Source: Camelus ferus (taxonomy: Eukaryota). From it: 64,000 bases of DNA. Positions 12,730 to 26,689 of the stretch are shown here, one piece after another. The stretch's first letter is position 1. Each line of letters opens with the position of its first letter. A model generated the notes under the pieces. It saw nothing but the letters and a program-made list of their open reading frames with translations. It did not search any database and was not told where the DNA came from. The stretch lies in NCBI RefSeq assembly GCF_009834535.1, contig NC_045696.1, positions 56,422,001 through 56,486,000 of the forward strand, read 5' to 3'. The position numbers were made by a program, and so were the translations under genes.

Positions 12730-13440
12730 AGGTTTTCCATCTTCCACCAAGGCCTGCCCTGTTTACCTCAGAAATGTTTCTGGAATCCTTCCCCTCCTCT
12801 GTATTCCCACATTTCTGCCCTTGTTAGCTGTTGATTACCTAGGCCTGAATCATTTTAATAGTTTCCTAACTGGTTTTCTTATCCCCTGTCTCTCCCCACC
12901 TCGAAAGCAGAAGCAGAACGAAGAATGTCATTCTCTTAACAAAACAAAGCATTTCCCCCACCTCCCACCCACCCTACACACAGACTGCAGTAACTCCTCT
13001 CTGCACTTGGGGTACGGTCTAAACTGCTTTCACAATTGGAAACCAGCTTACCTTTTAAATTTTCTGTCCACTCAACACCTGTGTTCCAGCTGTACTGAGT
13101 TGGGCCAAGTGCCGTTCTTTGAATATACCCTGGGTTTTTAATGCCCCCCCCCCCCCGTGTTTTGCTCACTCTGTTCCCTTATCCTGGATTTCTCTTTATT
13201 CCCATCTTTACCTGTTGAATTGCTCCCAAGCCTTCAAGATCCAACGCATATTGCTTCTCCTTTACCGAAGTTCTTTCAGATCTTCTCAGTCAGATCTGTA
13301 AGATCAACTGATGTCTCTTTCCCAGCACCCTGTGCTTCTGTTACAGCATTAACGAAGTTGGTCTTCATGTGACAGCTGACTGTATCCTCTTGTCTCTCTG
13401 TTAATGGTCAGGGTCTGCAAGGTAGGGTATTTCTGCAAGG
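12730..13440 (+). mobile_element. L2 LINE fragment
   Basis: Pyrimidine-rich L2-like motifs (tacctcagaaatgtttctggaatccttcccctcctct...tttgctcactctgttccctt). Confidence 0.5.
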
Positions 13441-13781
13441 CAGAAAATATTTCTGACTCAACTTCATCCTCCATGGCAATGGCCACATACATATTTTAAA
13501 ATAAATAACCCTTCTTTCATTGTATATAAACTTTACTTACTATAAAAATTCAAATTTGTAACGTATAAGGAAGGAAATAAACCCCCCAAACCCTGAAATA
13601 ACTACTGTTAATGTTTTGATGATCATATTTCATGCATATTTTTATGCATCTGTCCATCCATATATGCACACATGGAATTATTTCGTGTAGGCTGTGTTTT
13701 CTTTTGGACACCCTCTTTTTCAGTCTTTTCTTACCTGATTCTCCCCTCATTACTCTCAACTTCTTAAAAGTTAAGCATGCT

Positions 13782-13782
<1 letters not shown>

Positions 13783-13827
<45 letters not shown>
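13783..13827. repeat. (AGAT)11 tetranucleotide microsatellite
   Basis: Eleven perfect AGAT units seen directly. Confidence 0.97.
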
Positions 13828-13879
13828 TAAATATATATCTTATAGATATATATTTAGATCTGTATCTTATCTATATATC

Positions 13880-14545
13880 TTTATTTTACAAAATGAGGAA
13901 TCATAGTGTAAACATTTCCATGCTTCTTGCTTTTCTCATTAAACAATCTCACAAAAATCCTTCCAATTCAACAGGTATAGCTCTAATTCATTCTTTTATT
14001 TTAGAGGCTGCATAATGTTCCCCAGTATGGATGTACCAAAATTTATTCAAGAGTGTCCCTACTCATGACATTCAAATTCTTTTTAAACAATTGCCACTGC
14101 CACCAGTGTTTTAATAAACATCCTTATATGTATATCCAAATGCCCTGGTACTTTAATTTCCGAGGTGTTGACTCCCAGGTATGAGATTGATCTTTTTAAA
14201 ATGTTAATAGAGCACCTTCTAAAAGGCTATACCAATTTGCTTTGTATAATTTTAGCCATTCTGATAAATGAATAGTTGTTCCTTTAATTTGCATTTCACT
14301 GATTACTAGTGAAGCTGCTCATGTTTTCTCTTTTTGCCCCTTTTGGATTTTCTGTTCTATAAATTGCTTATTCATATAATTAGTTCATTTTTCTTTTTGA
14401 GTTACTGGTCTTTTTCTTTTTGAAATGTAAGAATTTCTTATATATTATAGATAGTAACTCTATATATGTTGTGTGTTAATATGTTGTATGTGTTGCAAGT
14501 ACTTTCCCCAATCTCTCATTTATCTTTTAACTTTGTTTGGAATTT
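13880..14545 (-). mobile_element. Ancient L1 3'-region fragment
   Basis: Antisense L1 motifs (ttttagccattctgataaatg...tttaatttgcatttcactgattactagtgaag...ttctgttctataaattgcttattcata). Confidence 0.7.
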
Positions 14546-15179
14546 TTAAACCAACTACAGTTTATTCAGGTTTATGTCAATTTAATTTCACATGAGTTAT
14601 AACTAGAGTCAATATTGCACTTAGGTAATGAAAATAGATCTTGCTGTTTCAAACTTCCTTAGGAAACCAATCTCCTCTTTCAATATTTCAAAAATTTGAC
14701 ATAGCATTCTACTCTCTAATCTCCTACCCAGTCACTATTAATCCACATTGCTCCATTCACAAATATATGTGCATTTATAGTATAATACAAATTTTCTGTA
14801 TATTATTATCTGGCAGAGTCACATTAAATAGACCATTTTGATTTATTAAAATTCTAGTTAACAAAGTGTTAAAACATTTAGTAGTCATAATTTATTTATT
14901 TCTTTTCCAAATACACTTCTTTGGGAAAATTTCTCCTGTGCAATTCTAGAGATCTGCCAATTTTGGAACCTCACTCTTTTGACCACAATAGTGGACATGA
15001 CCCACACTATAGCAAATAGACTTTATGTCCCAGGAATTTGAATCTTGAATTTTATATTGACACTGGTTTAAAATGATTGTCCTTAATTCTATCTACTAAA
15101 TCCTCAGATCTACTGTGTTTCTTTTGATTATACACACACATGCACACACACATGTATTTATTTATTTGTTTGTTTGTTT

Positions 15180-17525
15180 TCTTAGTGGTTGCCTTGGGCA
15201 TTTTGATTAACATCTGTACTCAAATAATCTACTTTGGAGTAATACCAACTTAATTTCAATAGTATACAAAAGTTTTGCTCCGATATAGCTCCATTCCCTC
15301 CTCTTTCTTTGTGCTATTATTTTTGCACAAATATTATTTGTACCCTTTTTTACATTATAAGTTCATTAATACAGTTTTATGATGAATTACTTTGTAATAC
15401 AGTTTATTTTAAAATTAGGAGAAAAAGTTACAAACAAAAAAATACATTTATACTGTCTTTTATATTTACCTGTGTAGTATGTTTACTTGTCCTTTTTATT
15501 TCTTCATGTGAATTTGAGTTACTGTCTAGTGTCCTTTTATTTCAGCCAGAAGGACTTCCATTAGCATTTACTGTAGGGCAGATCTGCTGGCCACAAACTC
15601 AGTTCCTGTTCCCTTGAAATGTCTGAATTTCTCCTTCATTTTTGAAGGACAGTTTTCCTGAATATAGGAAAACTTTCTTAGTTGACAAGTTTTTTTTTAT
15701 TCCTTCTAGTATTTTGAATATGTTATCCCATTTCCTTCTGGTCTCCATACTTTCTGATGAAAAGTCAGCTGTTAATTTTTATTGAGGATCCTTTGTATGT
15801 AAAGAGCCATTTTTCTATTTTTGCTTTACAGATTCTGTCTTTGGTTATCTACAATTTGACTATGATATGCCCAAGTATGGGTCTCTTTGTGTTTATCATA
15901 CTTACAGTGTGTTGATCTTCTTGGATGTGTACATTAATGTTTTTCATCAAATTTGGGAAGTTTTAAGGCATTATTTCTTAAATTACTGTTTTTGCCCTTT
16001 TATCCCTCTTCTCTCCTCTGGTACTCCTATTATGCTTGTATTGGTACATTTGATGGTGTCACACGAGTCTTTGAGGCTTTCTTCATTTTTTTTTTCTTCC
16101 TGTTCTCCAGACTGAATTATTGCAATTGACTTATTTTCAAGTGTGCTGATTCTTTTTTCTACCTGTTAAACCTGCTATAAATCCTCTAGCGGATTTGTGA
16201 TTTCACTTATTGTAATTCTCAACTTCAGAATTTTAACTTTGTTTGTTTTAAAAATAATTTATGTCTTTATAGATATTCTTTGATGAGACATCATTTTCTT
16301 TTAACTCTTTATATGTGATTGTTTAAAATTCTTTGAACATATTTATAATAGCTGACTTAATTATTTTGTCTAGTAAGTCCAAAATCTAGGCTTCTTCAGG
16401 GACAGTTTCCACTGACTGCTTTTTGCCCTCTGTGTATTAGGCCATACTTTCCTATTTTTTTGTCTCATTTTTTTTGTTTGTTAAAAAAAGGACATTTTAA
16501 ATTGTATAATGTGGCAAATCTGTAAATCATATTTCACCCACCCTCAGGGTCTGTTTTTGTTTCTTTTTGTAATTGTTGTTGTAGCTGCTGCTATGGTTTG
16601 CTTGTTTAGTGACTTTCCTGGACTTATTTTGTGAAATCTGTATCTTTTGTCCTGTGTAGCCACTAAAGTTTCTGCCCACTTAGCTTAGTAGTTAATGATG
16701 GAACAGAGATTTTATTAAATGACTTGAACCAATAAATTTCCCACCCTTTGCTGAAGATCTCTGTGTATATGTGTCTTGAGGCAAGAATTCAATGCTCCAG
16801 AAGTTTACAGCTCTGCCTTAGCCTTCACCTCCTGCTTTTCAGTGCCTCCAAGTCAGCCAGAGGTGAGAGATTATGGACTTCTTAGGTCTTTTCTGGATAT
16901 TCACACAGCCCTGCAAGTGCACTTGGCTTTCTACATTCCCAGGAATGTGTCAGAAATTTTCAAATCTGGACATCTCATTCTCCAGGTTTTCTTTTAAGTC
17001 TTTTTGGCCAGCTTCTTATTTGTTCCAACTGGAATTACTACCTTAGGCAACTGTGATATTAAAAAGTTGTCACTGATTGTCTTTGTCAAACCCTCTGGGA
17101 TAGAGTATTCCTCTGATGAAGACCTGAGTCAGGTCAAATAAAGACAAGCCCTGTTTATGTGACTTTTCCAGGGAGCTGCCTGACAAGTCAAATAATGACA
17201 GTTTTCTCTGGATGGGGCTTATGTTCTCTCCAGTGGCTGCTAGACTGCTGTTTTTCACAACTGTCTTAGTTGTGAGGCTGTTGGTTTTTCAGACTACTGC
17301 AGCACTAGGGTGAGGCAAATGGGACTAGAGCAGGTTAAAATGCCACAAAGCTTGTTGTTCTTATTGAGATTCAGCCATTTTATTTGAATAAATGCTCCTC
17401 AGGTTTTGCGGGCTTTAATTTTCACAGTTCTGAAAAAGTTGATTTTGACAACTTTGTGAGTGTTCTTGTTGCTTTCAAGAAGGTGTAAGTCTTTGGAGGT
17501 CCTTATTCTGCTATTCTGGAAGTAC
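15180..17525 (-). mobile_element. Ancient L1 5' region (5' UTR/ORF1), decayed
   Basis: Antisense L1 ORF1-region motifs (tctccttcatttttgaaggacagtttt, tttctgatgaaaagtcagctgttaat, ttcatcaaatttgggaagtttt). Confidence 0.8.
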
Positions 17526-20500
17526 TTCTCCCTTTCTAGTTAATTTATTACTAAACATTTTTTGGTTTTTGTCACTATTTTGAAGGAAATATTTTCCCCA
17601 TTTACATAGCAGACTTACGTAAAGAAAAACAATTAGGCTTTAAATTTTATCTTATATCCAGCCACCTTACCTAATTTAATTTTAACTCCATTAAATTTTT
17701 TAAGAGAATCTTTAAAAAATTCTGGATAAACAATTATATTATAAAAAATGAATAATTTAGTATCTTCTTAGTATTTATAACAATGAAAAACTTTTTTTCC
17801 CTCATCATAGTGTGTTTGCCAGAATCTACAAAGTAATGGTCAACAACGATGTTGGAAATTTCCTGTTTCGTGCCTGATTTTAGCAGAAATGGCTTAATGG
17901 GTTCCATCTTCAGAATAATTGATGTTGCTTTTTACTGAATAAATTTGTCATATATAATACTCCTTTTCTTCCAATAATGCATGTTGAATTGAATTGACCT
18001 TTTGGTTCACAAGCTTTTGGTAAGCTTTTTAATTTAGGTCTTAATATTACTCTGGGCCATTACTTGAAGGTAACTTGTGAAGTGTCTCATAATATGGAAT
18101 TACTCAGGTAGCCAGCTGAATTATAAATTGAGATATTACTATAGGGAACTAGAGAAAACACACATTTTAACAGAAACTTTCTGAAGACAAAATTTCTGCC
18201 TGAATTGTTTGTGACATTAATGAGTCTACTTAAGTAGGGTGGGGGAGTTCAAGGTAAATCAAATGGAAGGGCACCCCTGTGTCACATTGGCAGGTGTGAT
18301 GTTTTAGGATGGGGAGAGCCATTGTTCTTGCTGTAGAATCTCCCATGATACTATCTGAGACCTAGAACCTGGAATCAATGGATTGACATTAGTACTGGAA
18401 CTCTGATCAGGTTCAGCCCTAAAGGTCCCCTCTTCCTGTCACTCATGCCAATCCTTCTTAAGAAAAAGGTAACCTCTACACTCCACCCTCTTGGCTTCTT
18501 GGCTCATCACCTTGACTCCCTTTTAATTTTGATCCACTTGGAATTTAAAATAAGGCCCCAGAGTTTTTACCTTGAAATTGACTTGAAAGCCACTAGAATT
18601 CCCAGGCCTCTCAGTCTTTAACCAACTAGTAACAGCAGGCATTGAAATTCAGACCCAGCTCAGTTTCCTAAGATGCTCCCTGCCTGACCTCAAACTGACC
18701 TACAAAGGCTAGTTCCAGTTTGCACTACTATATAGAGGGCTGTGGTTGGTTTGTGAATGGCACATTCTAAGAATGAACTATTATCAGAGTGACATTATCT
18801 TTTATTTTATTATCTTTTGCTGTTTTTTCCACAAATATTTGTCAAGTGTAGGAGATAACTTGTCCCTTTCCATGATTTCTTGCCATGGTCCAAAACATAG
18901 TTCTGCTTTCTCGGAAGTGTTAGGGAGAAAGCTTCAGTCCTTTGTTCTTTCACCTCCCACTTGTTTCTTGCGGGAAATAGAATGACTTGTGTGATTATTG
19001 TTTTAGAAAAAGTATCATTGCATTTACATAGCCAAGCCCTTTCTTGGCTTTCTGTGGAATAATCCTGCCCACAGAAGATATGCATTCTTCTCTTCTTCAT
19101 ATGGCAGACTAACTAGAACTGACCCTGCTTCTATAGATGGCCTGTGTTTGTACAAGTTCTGCCTAAGCTTGGGTGGTTAAGTTCAATTTGGGAGGAAAGA
19201 GTATGAAACTCATTTTGACTTCTAATAGAGGCTGTACTCCAATCTAACATTACCATTAAAAAGCTGATATTTAGATTAGTGCGTAAATTTCTTGGATTTA
19301 TATTTCTATTGTTCAGAACCTAGAGGCAAAAGGGATATGATTCTCCTTCTTATTGGTGTTCATTTTGTGCAATATGTTGCTAGAAGCAAAGAATTATGTA
19401 CGTGGTCCCTGTAGTTTTGTAGTAGAGCTAAGATATTTAAATAAGGAGTAACAATTCAAATGATAATATAAGCATCAAATATTCTGGAATCATTTGCTGG
19501 TTTAAGGTGTTGTGACAGGTACTAAGGATACAGATACGTTATGCATTCTACTCTCAAGGACCACACAGAGAAATCTTCACAGGGAAAAGGGAACTTGACT
19601 TGGTTTAAGATAGCTATGATTTCAAAGGGCAGAGATGGGAGAAGATATTCCACGTAGAGGAAATAGCATGAGCATGAACTCAGAGGAAGAAATCAAGGCA
19701 AGCAGTCCATTTTTGATAGAACTGGAGGGATCTTTGAGAAAAGCAATGGAAGATAACTGGACAGGTAGATTGGAACTAGATTGTGTGGTTTCTTGATTTC
19801 TGGCTTAATCAGAGGCAGGAGAGCCTAATATGTCGGTGGTCCTAGATAGAAAAAAAGGGGTGCCAACAGAGACTAAATGTCTTAAAAGAAGAAAAATGTC
19901 CCCCAAATAAATATTTTCCTCTGTAACTTATTTAGGTATAAGTTATAGAATATCAAAACTAGCAAAGACTTTAGAAATACTCTAGTTCAACATTCTCATT
20001 TTTAAAATGAAGAAAGAAGCCTAGAGAGATGAAGTGAATACTCATAGGAACACTAGGTGCATACCTAAAAAACTTACAGATGATGCTAATGTGAGAAATC
20101 TATCGCAAGAAGTAAGGGCAGCAACAGCATCATCTTTGAACAGGAAAGGCAGATGCCTTCCAGAATTCTAATAACACAACAGGTAAGGATTGTTGCAGGA
20201 ACACAAATTAAATTATTTCCTATAAAGCAAGTTGGAAGATTTCTGGTCCTTACATGTATGGATGCTCGTTTTGTGTGAACCAGAGGGACTGAGTAATTAG
20301 TAGATTACTGTTAGTTTTTTTTTTTTTTTTCATGTTACAGTCATGCCCCTAAATGACTTTCAGGTTAACTTTTCAACCCTCAGCAAGCCTTTAAAAGATG
20401 AGAGACATCTTCTGCTGGTGCTGGCTGCGATGATGGGAGGCCTTTGGAAAGAGTTGCCATTATGAGTCTTAGCAGGGAACCTGTCTCCTAGGCTTCACTT

Positions 20501-20834
20501 GTCAACAGTAAGCTCCATGGGATGGGCAGGAACAAGATACAGAGGGGAACACCTGTGGGAAACAGAAGTAAACAGTATATTAAAAATAATTAAGTTAATA
20601 AAATGGACATTCTCCAACCCACTTTCGTCACCAAATGTTTAATGCATTGTGGCCCCACACAGCCAGAGGGAGAATTTTCATGAGCACAAGACTCCCTGAA
20701 ACTAGATGTCCAGAATCCAACACAGTTGATGCTGGTAAGTCCTTTGAGGTTGAGAAGCTTTCTGGTTATTGAGCCCTTCTTGAGGATAGAAGTTAAGAAG
20801 GGCTCAGCCCTAGTGCTCTTAAGCAAATGTCCTT

Positions 20835-21390
20835 TTTCTTTTTTTCTTTTTTAAAAAACAAATTTATTTATTGACACAACATACAATTCACCCATTTAAA
20901 CTTTACAATTCAATAGCTTTTAGTATATTCACAGATATGTGCAACCATCATGATGGTCAATTTTAAAGTAATTTTATTACCTCAAAAAACCAAAAAAACC
21001 CTTGTTGATGAGAATGAAATGTAGAGTTACTATATGATCGAGTAATTCCAATTGTGTATATACCCAAACGAATTGAAAGCAGGGACTCGAACAGATATTT
21101 GCGTACTTGTGTTCACAGCAGCATTATTCACATGAGTCAAAAGGTAGAAGCAAACTAAATGTTCATCAATAGATGAATGGATAAACAAAATACTGTATAT
21201 ACATATAATAGAATTTTATTCAGCCTTAAAAAAGCATAAACGTCTGACACATGCTACAATAAAGATGAACCTTGAAAATGTTATGCCAAATGTAATAAAC
21301 CAGTCACAAAATGACAAATATTGTATAAATTTCATTTGTATGCAGGATCTAGAATAGTCAAATTCATTAAGACAGAAGTAGAATGATGAT
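20835..21390. mobile_element. L1MB-like 3' end in two oppositely oriented pieces
   Basis: 20835-21003 is a T-rich tail plus the extreme L1 3' end on the minus strand. ~21020-21390 is the adjoining upstream L1 segment on the plus strand (gaattgaaagcagggactcgaacagata...). Confidence 0.8.
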
Positions 21391-21574
21391 AGATGCTTGT
21401 GGTAAAGCTACTGAAACAGTATGGAAATAAAAGTTTTAGAATGTATTTCACAATTCCTCCATGTGTGTATATCTTCACCTAAGAATATCATGACATTTTT
21501 TGTATGAGCTGATAGGAATTTAACTGTTTTTAAGTTTCTGAGTAGTCTGCTATATGTCCTTCTTTATTTTTTTT

Positions 21575-22145
21575 AATGACTTGTTTTAAAGTCTATTTTG
21601 TCTGATAAGAGTATTGCTACTCCTGCTTTCTTGTCATTTCCATTTGCGTGAAGTATCTTTTTTCATTACTTCACTTTCAATCTGTGTGTGTCCTTCACCA
21701 TAAAGTGGGTCTTTTATAGGCAGCATATTGTAGCTTTCTGTCTTATTATCCAGTCTGCCACTCCATGTCTTTTGATTGGAGCATTTAGTCCACTGACATT
21801 TAATGTAATTATTGATACATATGTATTTATTGCCATTTTAAACCTTGTTTTCCAGTTGATTTTACATTTCTTCTTTGTTCCTTTCTTTTCTGTTTTTCCT
21901 TTTGTGGTTTGATGGTTTTCTTTTGTAATATGCTTGAGTTCTCCTCTTTTTGATTTTTGTGAATCTATTATATGTTTTTGATTTGTGGTTACTCTGGTTT
22001 TCAAGTATGCTAAACCATTACTATATCTACCTGTTTTAGCCTGGTAGTCATATAAGCTCAAACACACTCTTTAAAAGTCTACACTTTCTTACTCCTCTCC
22101 CCTACATTTCATGATTTTGATGTCCTATTTTACATCTTCATGGTT
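21575..22145 (-). mobile_element. L1 fragment spanning the inter-ORF region and ORF2 endonuclease N-terminus
   Basis: Translation from 21836, MAINTYVSIITLNVSGLNAPIKRHGVADWIIRQKATICCL*, is the start of the L1 ORF2 APE-type endonuclease, with a premature stop. Confidence 0.92.
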
Positions 22146-24464
22146 ATCAGTAGTCCACTATATGAGTGTGGACTATCATTTGTTTCAGCATTCTCCTTTG
22201 ATAAAATTTGTGTAGCTTCTACTTTTTCACTGAAATGACACAGTCAAGATATTTACACTTGATTCTTTGTGCTAGTATTTCCTAGAAGTGGAATTTCTGG
22301 GTCATAGATTATGGAAATACAGTGTTGTGTTAACCTGCTGTTTTTAAAAAAAACCATTGCTATACTATGAGCCTCTTTTCAGGTAATTAAATATTTAATT
22401 TAGCTGCCTAATATAACTTATGGATGTATTAAAATTTGTTTTCCCAATCTCTGAACACTGGAAATTAAGTTATTTCTAGATTTTTACTAGATTGCTTCAT
22501 AGTAAACAACTTTGCAATAAACATTACTTTAGCTAAATTTTTTCATGCATGCTTAAAATTGTACTCTTAAGATGAGTTCTTGATATAGAATCACTCATTC
22601 AAAGAGTATGCACATTAAAAATAATAACTTTCATTGTTTTTTCTTATTACAGAAATAATACGTGGTCATCCTAGGTAAGAAAATACAGATAGGCGAGAAA
22701 ATCAAACATGCATTACCTCACCACCCAGAGGCAACCATTGGTAACTCTCCTGTCTGCATACTTTTTCTTTACATAATTGCAAATATAGTGTACATGCTGC
22801 TTTGAACCACCAGTGATAAGCATCTTTTCTTTTATCTCCATTATCACTTTTAATATCTGCATAGTATTCTACATTATAAATGCACCAAAATTTATTTGTA
22901 CCATCCTTATTGCTGGGCATTTAGGTTCTTAATGTACATATTTTGAAAACTTTTCAGGTGAATGCAGTACATATGAGAGCAATCATCTCACTGTCAAAAA
23001 GCCCTGAGCAAAACGCTTCTATTTATGGACCTGAGGGCCAGGGAGAAGGAGAGAGAGAGAAGGGCTAGTAGTGGAAATATACTGAGTCAAAGTAGAGAAG
23101 AGCGCCTCATCCAAGGCCCCCAACAAGGAGGACTCTGAATGGAGGCATCTGGCATAGAAATGTAGATGTGTGTATGAGCATAGCTGGTTGGGATCGGGGA
23201 AGGAAAGCTGAGTCCTTGACTGCAACTCCCTCCAAAAAATTGCAATGGATTGGCAGTGTGTCAAGTCTGGTGGTGCAGGGGATTGGGACTCTGTATTCAC
23301 AGTCTGGTTTCTTTTTCTTCCTGCTCCTGTAGAAGACAAAGTAAATTGAGAAGTTTGGTTCTGCCAGGAGCTTTGATCTTCAGAAATGCTGAGGCGAGTG
23401 TTAGGGAGGGTTTAGGTAAACAGGCATTCCCATTTGCTGTTGATGATAGTGTACATCATATAACCTTTTTGGAGAGTAATTTGTAAATAGATAAATGCAT
23501 GTAACAAGAAATTGAGAGGGACTTTTTCTCTTCTTAAATTGCATTTAAAACCAAAGCTCATACTATTAGACACGAGTAAGAAAAACTAGATATGCATACA
23601 TTTTCAAGAGAGGCATCAACTGATCACTTTCAGATGGGGCAAATACCTCCCCAGGGTGTCTGGAAGGAAGCAAACCCGGCACAACTACCATCACCACACC
23701 TCAACTTCAGGCTGAGTCAATTTAAGAAAACTGGGAAGAATGGGAGGAATGGTGGTGGTCTTGTGAGAAAAGGCTACTACAATCTCCTTGAGAGGATTTT
23801 CCTTTCTTCTTTGGGAAAGGGAAGGAGGGATGCTTTCCCCTCCCCTCCTCCCAAAGTCCAGTGAATGCAGACTCCAAGTGTGGCAAGGACACTTCGTTGT
23901 TTTATGGACTGAGAAGACCCTACAGAATTATCTTGCCAGTGCTCCATCCAAGATGGTTACCCATTCAGGGAGCAACAGCTGTGAAGTGGACTCCAGTGGT
24001 CCAGTGGTGAGAGCTAAGATGGAATGGAAGAGGGTGAGCTAAAGCCATGTTGCTCACATCAGAGAACTGTGCAACAGAGAAGGAGGCCTCACAAGGTCCT
24101 GCTAAAGAACAAACAATCTTGATGCCTGCCACACAGATAACATCAACCATCTACCTGGTTAGCCAGAGAAGCAGCATAGCCAACAAGAGATGTTTAAAGT
24201 CAAGAAGGGTTTGCCTTTTCCCTCACTTCCATTCCTCCACTGTTTCAATCATTGAAGGAGCCCTTCCAAGTCTCTCAAGGGAAAGGGAGAGCTCTGACTC
24301 AGCTTTGAAGTTTTAAATGGACTAGAAAGGTATGGAATCTGCTCAAGATGCCCTTAAAAGCCCGAAGGGTATTCAGAATAACACAGTTGAAAGTGATGGT
24401 TTGAGAAACAAAACCATTTCACGTTTAGACTTTACAAAGAAGAGAGTCTTTAAAATAAAGTAGT

Positions 24465-25015
24465 TACATGCATATCCCTTTTGATCCTGGAATTCCACCG
24501 TTAAGAACTGAGACTCCAGATATGAGTAGCTAATGTATGAGAAGTTATGTGTACAAGGATGCTTACTGCAACATTATTTGTAGTCGCAAAAATAGCAGTT
24601 ACAAAAAGAAAAAAAAACAATAGCAACAAAAAACTAGAGACAATATAATGCTATAAATAGGATACTGGTTAAATCAATTATCTTATAATCACACATTTAA
24701 AAATAACAAAAAGATTGAGGTAGAGCTGTATGTGTTGACACAGAAACAGCTCCAAGATAAATGAAAAGGGAATGACAGCACAATGTGCATAAATCTTTAA
24801 AAATAAAAAAACTGCTTGTATAAGTATTTTTAAAATATGTACTGTATGTACTGTATATACTGATAAATAAATTAAAAATAATTCTGGAAAGAGCCACAAG
24901 AAATGTTTAAGAGTGATTTCCTTTGGAACAAATGGCTAGGAGACTAATTTTTCACTGATGCCTTCAGGTGCTATTTGAATTTGTCACTAAGGTCATGTGG
25001 TTATTTTTTTTAATG
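24465..25015 (+). mobile_element. Ancient L1 3' end fragment (L1ME/L1MC-like)
   Basis: Motifs atcccttttgatcctggaattccac...tgtacaaggatgcttactgcaacattatttgtagt...atactggttaaatcaattat. Confidence 0.65.
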
Positions 25016-25031
25016 TAAAAATTAGATAGAT

Positions 25032-25140
25032 AGGTTGTACAACAATGTGAATGCTCCTAATGCTACTGAATTGTATACTCAAAAGTGGTTAAAATGGTAA
25101 GTTTTATGTTAAGTATATTTTTCCACAATAAAAAAGTAAA
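25032..25140 (+). mobile_element. L1MB-like extreme 3' end
   Basis: ggttgtacaacaatgtgaatg...actgaattgtatactcaaaagtggttaaaatggtaagttttatgtt...cacaataaaaaa. Confidence 0.8.
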
Positions 25141-25569
25141 TAAATATATGTAAATTCATTTTAAATAAAAGAAGTATCAAGAGGAGAATAAGGAGCTGCA
25201 GGAAGAGAGAGTGAGCGTGTGAGAAATCTCTGAGGCAGCAGTAAAAGCAGGCTCAGTGCCTTGTCCTGGACGCACCAAGGGCTTTGCACAGGAGGCTTCC
25301 TGAGGCTTTAATAGGGGGTCAGAAAGAAGCCAGGACATGAACATTTGTCTGGAATAAGTTGAGGAGGGGAACTTGGCAATTTTTTGTTTTCACTGTATTT
25401 GTGGTTAGACCCTGCACTGTTGTGTGAAATTAAAGAGCAGGAGAATTTATTGGGCAGTGTGACCAGTTTTCTACCTGAATAACTGAGGGTTTGACTTTCA
25501 CCAAGTTCTGTACAAAAGCCGGGCTGAATTCTTCATGGATGAGACACTGTCCTAGATTCACAGGCTTTC

Positions 25570-25730
25570 AGAATATCAGAGCTGGAAAAGACCTTGGGTA
25601 TGCCCTTCTTTTTCTTGAGGACACTGAGACCAGGGAGTGACACATACAGGTCCAAGTCACACAGAAGCTCAGTGACTGAGCTAAGATTATAACCTGGGTC
25701 TCTGGGCCCCTGGTCAAGTACTGTTCTTCT
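25570..25730 (-). mobile_element. MIR SINE remnant
   Basis: gaggacactgagaccagggag...ccaagtcacacag...gagctaagattataacctgggtct resembles the antisense MIR core. Confidence 0.6.
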
Positions 25731-25933
25731 GAAAAAGTGATACTAGCACTCTTCTAGTCAAGGCTTGATCATCTTTACTCAAATTCTCTTCCTGTTGATG
25801 GCCCAACTGCTCCTCGGATTTGAGGGTCTGGTGTTTGGTCATTTTTTCTTTGAAGTATTGCAGGACTCTGGTTGCCGATACCTTACCTAGAATGTTTGCA
25901 CCTGTATTCCATGTGTGAGGTTACGGTTTTGTA

Positions 25934-26470
25934 CTGTTTCATCAATTTTGTGATGCAGATTGTTTCACTGTATCTCTGAAATCAAGGTGCCACTGAGGAT
26001 TGCCTTAGGCCAGGCCTAAGTTGTGACATAGTTGTCTTTGCCGGTGCCTGTGTGAACTTGTCTGAAACCTTCCACTGACACCCAGAGCAAGAACAAGAGA
26101 GATGCAGTGTCTAAACTTGCCAAGTGAGCGTCAGTAGTTTGGGGGAAAAAAGCTGGAGACAATGGGCCCTTCTCTTGGGAAAGGCGGTATTACCTATGAT
26201 TTTGATGCAGTAGAGGACAGTATTTTATGCAAAAACACAGACATCAGTAGCTTTGAATTGAAAAGTGATTCAGAAGGGCTTGACTCTTAGTATGAAAACA
26301 TTTTCTTTTTTATGATGCACAAGAGTGACAGAAGATAATCTTTTAAAATAAGCCTAAATTTGAGTAAATTTAAAGTAAAAATTCTAAGTGCTAACAAAGT
26401 GTTTTTGTCCTGGTACGTAGAATAACGTGAATTTCGCAATCATTGGCATCTTGGATTACATGAAATATGC
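25934..26470. mobile_element. Tc1/mariner-Tc2-type (Kanga/MER104-like) DNA transposon remnant
   Basis: Degenerate inverted termini: ctgtttcatcaattttgtgatgca...tctctgaaatc on the left (after a TA) and ggcatcttggattacatgaaatatg on the right. Family name is from recalled consensus. Confidence 0.55.
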
Positions 26471-26689
26471 CAACTATATATCAAGCTTTGATATTAAACA
26501 TGAAAATGAAGAGGGTCCCCCCCCCCTTTTTTTTTTTTGCTCTAGGTCTTGGCTATTTAAAAATAACATGAGAATTAACTAAATGTCAACTAAGGCTCAG
26601 CTATGAATCCATGTAATCCTGGGGTCTTTCCAACGCAAGTTTTTAAAGTACACAGCAAGATTTTCTGTGCTAACTGGTCTACTTATATT

